Of a stretch of DNA of 64,000 nucleotides, positions 63,350 to 64,000 are shown piece after piece (positions within the stretch are counted from its first letter, which is position 1; every line of letters starts with the position of its first letter). A program made the translations under genes and the position numbers. The notes beneath the pieces are model-generated. The model made no database searches. It saw nothing but the letters and a program-made list of their open reading frames with translations, and was not told the origin of the DNA. The stretch is from Octopus sinensis (lineage: Eukaryota): assembly GCF_006345805.1 (NCBI RefSeq), contig NC_042999.1:310001-374000 (forward strand), given 5' to 3'.

Positions 63350-63782
63350 TTCTTTTATTCTTTTACTTGTTTCACTCATTTGACTGCGGCCATGCTGAAG
63401 CACCGCCTTTTAGTCTAACAAATCGAGCGTAAGCCTAGTACTTATCTCATCGGTCTATTTTGCCGACCCGCTAAGTGACGGGGGCCGTAAACACACCAAT
63501 ATCGGTTGTCAAGCGATGGTGACAAACACAGACACAAATAGCAAACACGCACATACATAGACGTATATGGATTCGTTAGACGGAAACCGAAAGAAGCCCG
63601 TTGTATATATATATATATACGACGTGCTTCTTTCAGTTTCCATCTACCGAATCCACCCACAAGGCTTTGGTCGGCTCGAGGCTTTAGTAGATGACACTTG
63701 CCAAGGTTTCATAGAGTGGGACTGAACCCGAAACCATGCGCTTGGGAAGCAAGCATCTTACCACACAGCCACTCCTGCGCCT
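63350..63782 (-). mobile_element. SINE family A with an internal duplication
   Basis: Tail at 63350; duplicated GACGGAAAC.GAAAGAAG segment; head ending CCACTCCTGCGCCT. Confidence 0.85.
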
Positions 63783-63787
63783 TATAT

Positions 63788-63823
<36 letters not shown>

Positions 63824-64000
63824 CATACGTATACATAAATATATATGTATATACACATACATACATTCATACATACACACACACACACACACAGACGTAT
63901 TCGTCTATAGATATAAAGGTCTATACACTGATACACACGCACATTCACGCACGCCCCAAATCATACACGTGTATGTCTAAATGTATATAAATGTGTTCGT

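Overview
Repeat-saturated, AT-rich eukaryotic genomic DNA. The SINE families, RLE-type LINEs and very high microsatellite density look like a cephalopod (Octopus-like) genome; this is an inference from repeat content. No complete or recognisable host gene is present, and almost all ORF-track entries are translated microsatellites or repeat fragments. Contents: (i) three tRNA-headed SINE families in many copies, one forming head-[body-tail]n tandem arrays; (ii) a 5'-truncated HERO-like non-LTR retrotransposon plus two extra copies of its 3' UTR; (iii) two R4/Dong-like fragments converging on a (TAA)n tract; (iv) RTE and CR1/Jockey-like remnants; (v) two mariner remnants and two hAT-like MITEs; (vi) six unrelated fold-back MITEs; (vii) several isolated exon-like segments, all low confidence. 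The best signal is a type I hammerhead ribozyme fold with the CUGAUGA/GAAA/UH core intact at 33624-33716. Minimal hammerhead-like motifs also occur in short Penelope-like repeats. SINE and microsatellite boundaries are approximate.
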